A DNA stretch of 64,000 bases from Lama glama. Taxonomy: Eukaryota. Numbering within the stretch: the first letter of the stretch is position 1; each line of letters opens with the position of its first letter. This document shows positions 62,000-64,000 of this stretch, piece after piece. The stretch is taken from NCBI GenBank assembly GCA_028534125.1, contig CM052818.1, positions 43,030,001 through 43,094,000 on the forward strand. The letters are read 5' to 3'. The notes under the pieces were generated by a model that was given only the letters and a program-made list of their open reading frames with translations, did not search any database and was not told the origin of the DNA. The translations under genes and the position numbers were made by a program.

Positions 62000-62640
62000 T
62001 GAAACAAGATATTCCAGGTTCATCTTGCATTTTCTGTTTCCCAAACCTCAAGCAGCCATGTCTTCAAGGACCTAGGTTCCTCTTAGTGGGGAAACCACTT
62101 AGAAGCCAAGCGCTGAGCAGTAGTTGACCTCGTACTGAAATGCTGTTTATCTAGCCCTGCTCGGTAGAGAGAGCCGGGGGAACTCCCTCCAATTCCAATT
62201 CAACCCCCAAGGGCTCTACCACACTTTCCCTCATTTCATGTTTGTATCTTCCTTTTTTCATTGAGAAAACCAGTTCTCAGCAACATCAATGTATTTCTTG
62301 ATCTGTCATCCAATACATCGAAAATGATGTCAGAATGGCTTTACTCATACTGGCGTGAAGAGCCAAACTGCCAACAAGAGTTCAGGATTTGCTTATCATT
62401 CCTATGTTTTACTTTTGACTGACTGCGTATAATCCAAGTACCTGATTCCAAAGATTTTTGGACGAGTCTCCCCTAACCCCAGAGTGTGGTTATGTTATTT
62501 TTTTGAAGTATAACTGAATCTATTTGAGTCTGTTTGCATTTGGTTTTAGGATTTCTTTTCTCATTCTTATTAATTTAATTTTATTTCTTGAGTAGCTAAA
62601 TATTAACATGGCTCCAAAAGTAAAATATGTATATATGTAG
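62000..62640 (-). mobile_element. Old L1 (L1MC/ME) fragment
   Basis: ACAAGATATTCCAGGTTCATCTTG...CAGCCATGTCTTCAAGGA...GGTTCCTCTTAGTGG...AGAAGCCAAG...TATTAACATGGCTCCAAAAG. Confidence 0.7.
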
Positions 62641-62657
62641 TATGCTCAGAAAAGAAC

Positions 62658-62792
62658 TTTTTTTTTTTTTTTTTGGAGGGGAGGTAAATAGGTTTAGTTG
62701 TTTTTTATTTTTTGGAGGAGGTCCTGGGGATTGAACCCAGGACCCTGTGCATGCTAAGCATGCGCTCTACCACTTGAGCTATACCCTCTCCC
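62658..62792 (-). mobile_element. tRNA-derived SINE, camelid vic-1 type
   Basis: Minus strand GGGAGAGGGTATAGCTCAAGTGGTAGAGCGCATGCTTAGCATGCACAGGGTCCTGGGTTCAATCCCCAG plus bipartite A-rich tail; possible TSD AAGAACTT/TAGGACTT. Confidence 0.85.
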
Positions 62793-62942
62793 TAGGACTT
62801 CTGTTTTTTATTTCTTGATGCTATTCCACTCCTTCTGTGCCCCTTTTAAATAGCCAATTTTTATTAGTTTCTGTTTTATCTTCTCTCTCTCTCTTTGTGT
62901 ATGAGTGTGTGTGTTGTGTTCAGTAGAAACTAAGCAGCTAAG

Positions 62943-63501
62943 TGTGTTGAGACAGGAAGAATTCTAAGATGGCCCCAGTGAGTCGGCCACACCTTATGTG
63001 ATCCCCTGTCCCAAGTACAGGTGGAAACTTTGACTTGAGTCTAGTCAGTAAATCATAACTTGCGTGAGGGGATAGTCACCCCTTTGATTTTGTTACATTA
63101 CATCAAACTGGAGAGAGGACGAGAGATTACCCTGCTGGCTTTGAGGAAATAGCCTACCTTATTGTAAGAAGAACTATGATAAGAGCCCCACATGGCAGGG
63201 AGCTGTGGGCCCTTTAAGTGCTGGGAACAGCCCCAGCTGACAGCCAGCAGGAAACAAGGACCTCAGTCTCACCACCACAAGGAACTGACTTCTGCCTGCA
63301 ACCACGTGAACACGGAAGTGCTGAAGGAATGAAGCCCTGATGACACTGGGTTTAAGCTTCTTAAGATCCTGAACAGATGGCCAGTTGAGCTGTGCCCAGA
63401 TTTCTGGCCCACAGAAACTATGAGATAAAAAGCAAAATGCATGTTGTCTCAAGGTGATGGATTTGTAGTAAATTTGTTGCCTAGTATAGAAAACTAATAC
63501 A
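62943..63501 (+). mobile_element. MaLR LTR (MLT1E/F-like)
   Basis: GAATTCTAAGATGGCCCC...CCTGCTGGCTTTGA...CCACATGGCAGGGAGCTG...GACAGCCAGCAGGAAACAAGGACCTCAGTC...AGAAAACTAATACA. Confidence 0.9.
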
Positions 63502-64000
63502 CAAAGTTTCCTTATTTCACATAGTTCTGTACAGAAAAGAAAATATTCTATGTGCATCTTGGAAATCTCCTTACCTCTTAATTCATGGGGATTTTTTTTC
63601 CAATCAAATTCACAGCTGCTTAACACTCCATTATTGTTTCGAACCATATTTCAATGTCTGGGCAGTCGGGTAATTTCTACTATTTTGCAGTTACGAATAA
63701 CGAGAGTTTAACTTTTTAGAAATGTGAAAAATATGTTCTTCTAATAAGGTAGGCAGATTTGTCATTATTGATATGGCTGTAATGTTTGGTCTCAGATCTA
63801 TCACAAATATTTTATTTTGTAATTTATTTATTTGTCTTCTTTGTGACAGGAGTCATCTTCCATTTTTAAAAAAAGTAGTCATTCATTTCTTCCATTTTTA
63901 AAAAAAAGTTTAGGTTTTCGTTCTAATGGTTCCTCTATATTCATGCCTTTCCTAAGTGCCCTTGATCCCATTTTTCTTATCTAGTTTGTCAGTTTTAAAT

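Noticed and set aside
63174..63647. 157-aa minus-strand ORF as a novel gene
   Set aside because: Mostly the antisense reading of an MLT1 LTR.
17984..63910. CRISPR-like or satellite arrays from scattered direct repeats
   Set aside because: Only isolated two-copy duplications in eukaryotic DNA; no repeat-spacer periodicity.
1..64000. The 60-170 aa ORFs of the six-frame track as protein-coding genes
   Set aside because: None shows recognisable homology except the L1 ORF2 relics. Lengths are as expected by chance, many use non-ATG starts or lie in repeats, and there is no consistent exon chain.

Overview
Repeat-rich mammalian non-coding DNA (intronic or intergenic), most likely from a camelid. 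It carries two tRNA-derived SINEs with the camelid vic-1-type structure plus cetartiodactyl-type L1 and ERV1 LTRs, and I saw no Alu, B1/B2, Bov-A/BovB or PRE-1. I recognise no protein-coding host gene, RNA gene or processed pseudogene. The only ORFs with recognisable homology are decayed LINE-1 ORF2 fragments (43.9-44.8 kb and 50.8-51.2 kb). The window holds three ERV1-class solo LTRs with target-site duplications (two MER41-like), several MaLR/ERVL LTRs, hAT and Tigger DNA-transposon relics, many L1/L2/MIR fragments, microsatellites and two round-number assembly gaps. The best-supported notable structures are two 5'-inverted (twin-primed) L1 insertions. More speculative leads are promoter/enhancer-like motif clusters (10.6-10.9, 47.2-47.4 and 57.2-58.0 kb), several candidate small exons on both strands and two hairpins. 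I found no convincing new biological system. Repeat family names are from memory of consensus sequences, not from a search, and boundaries of old repeats are approximate.
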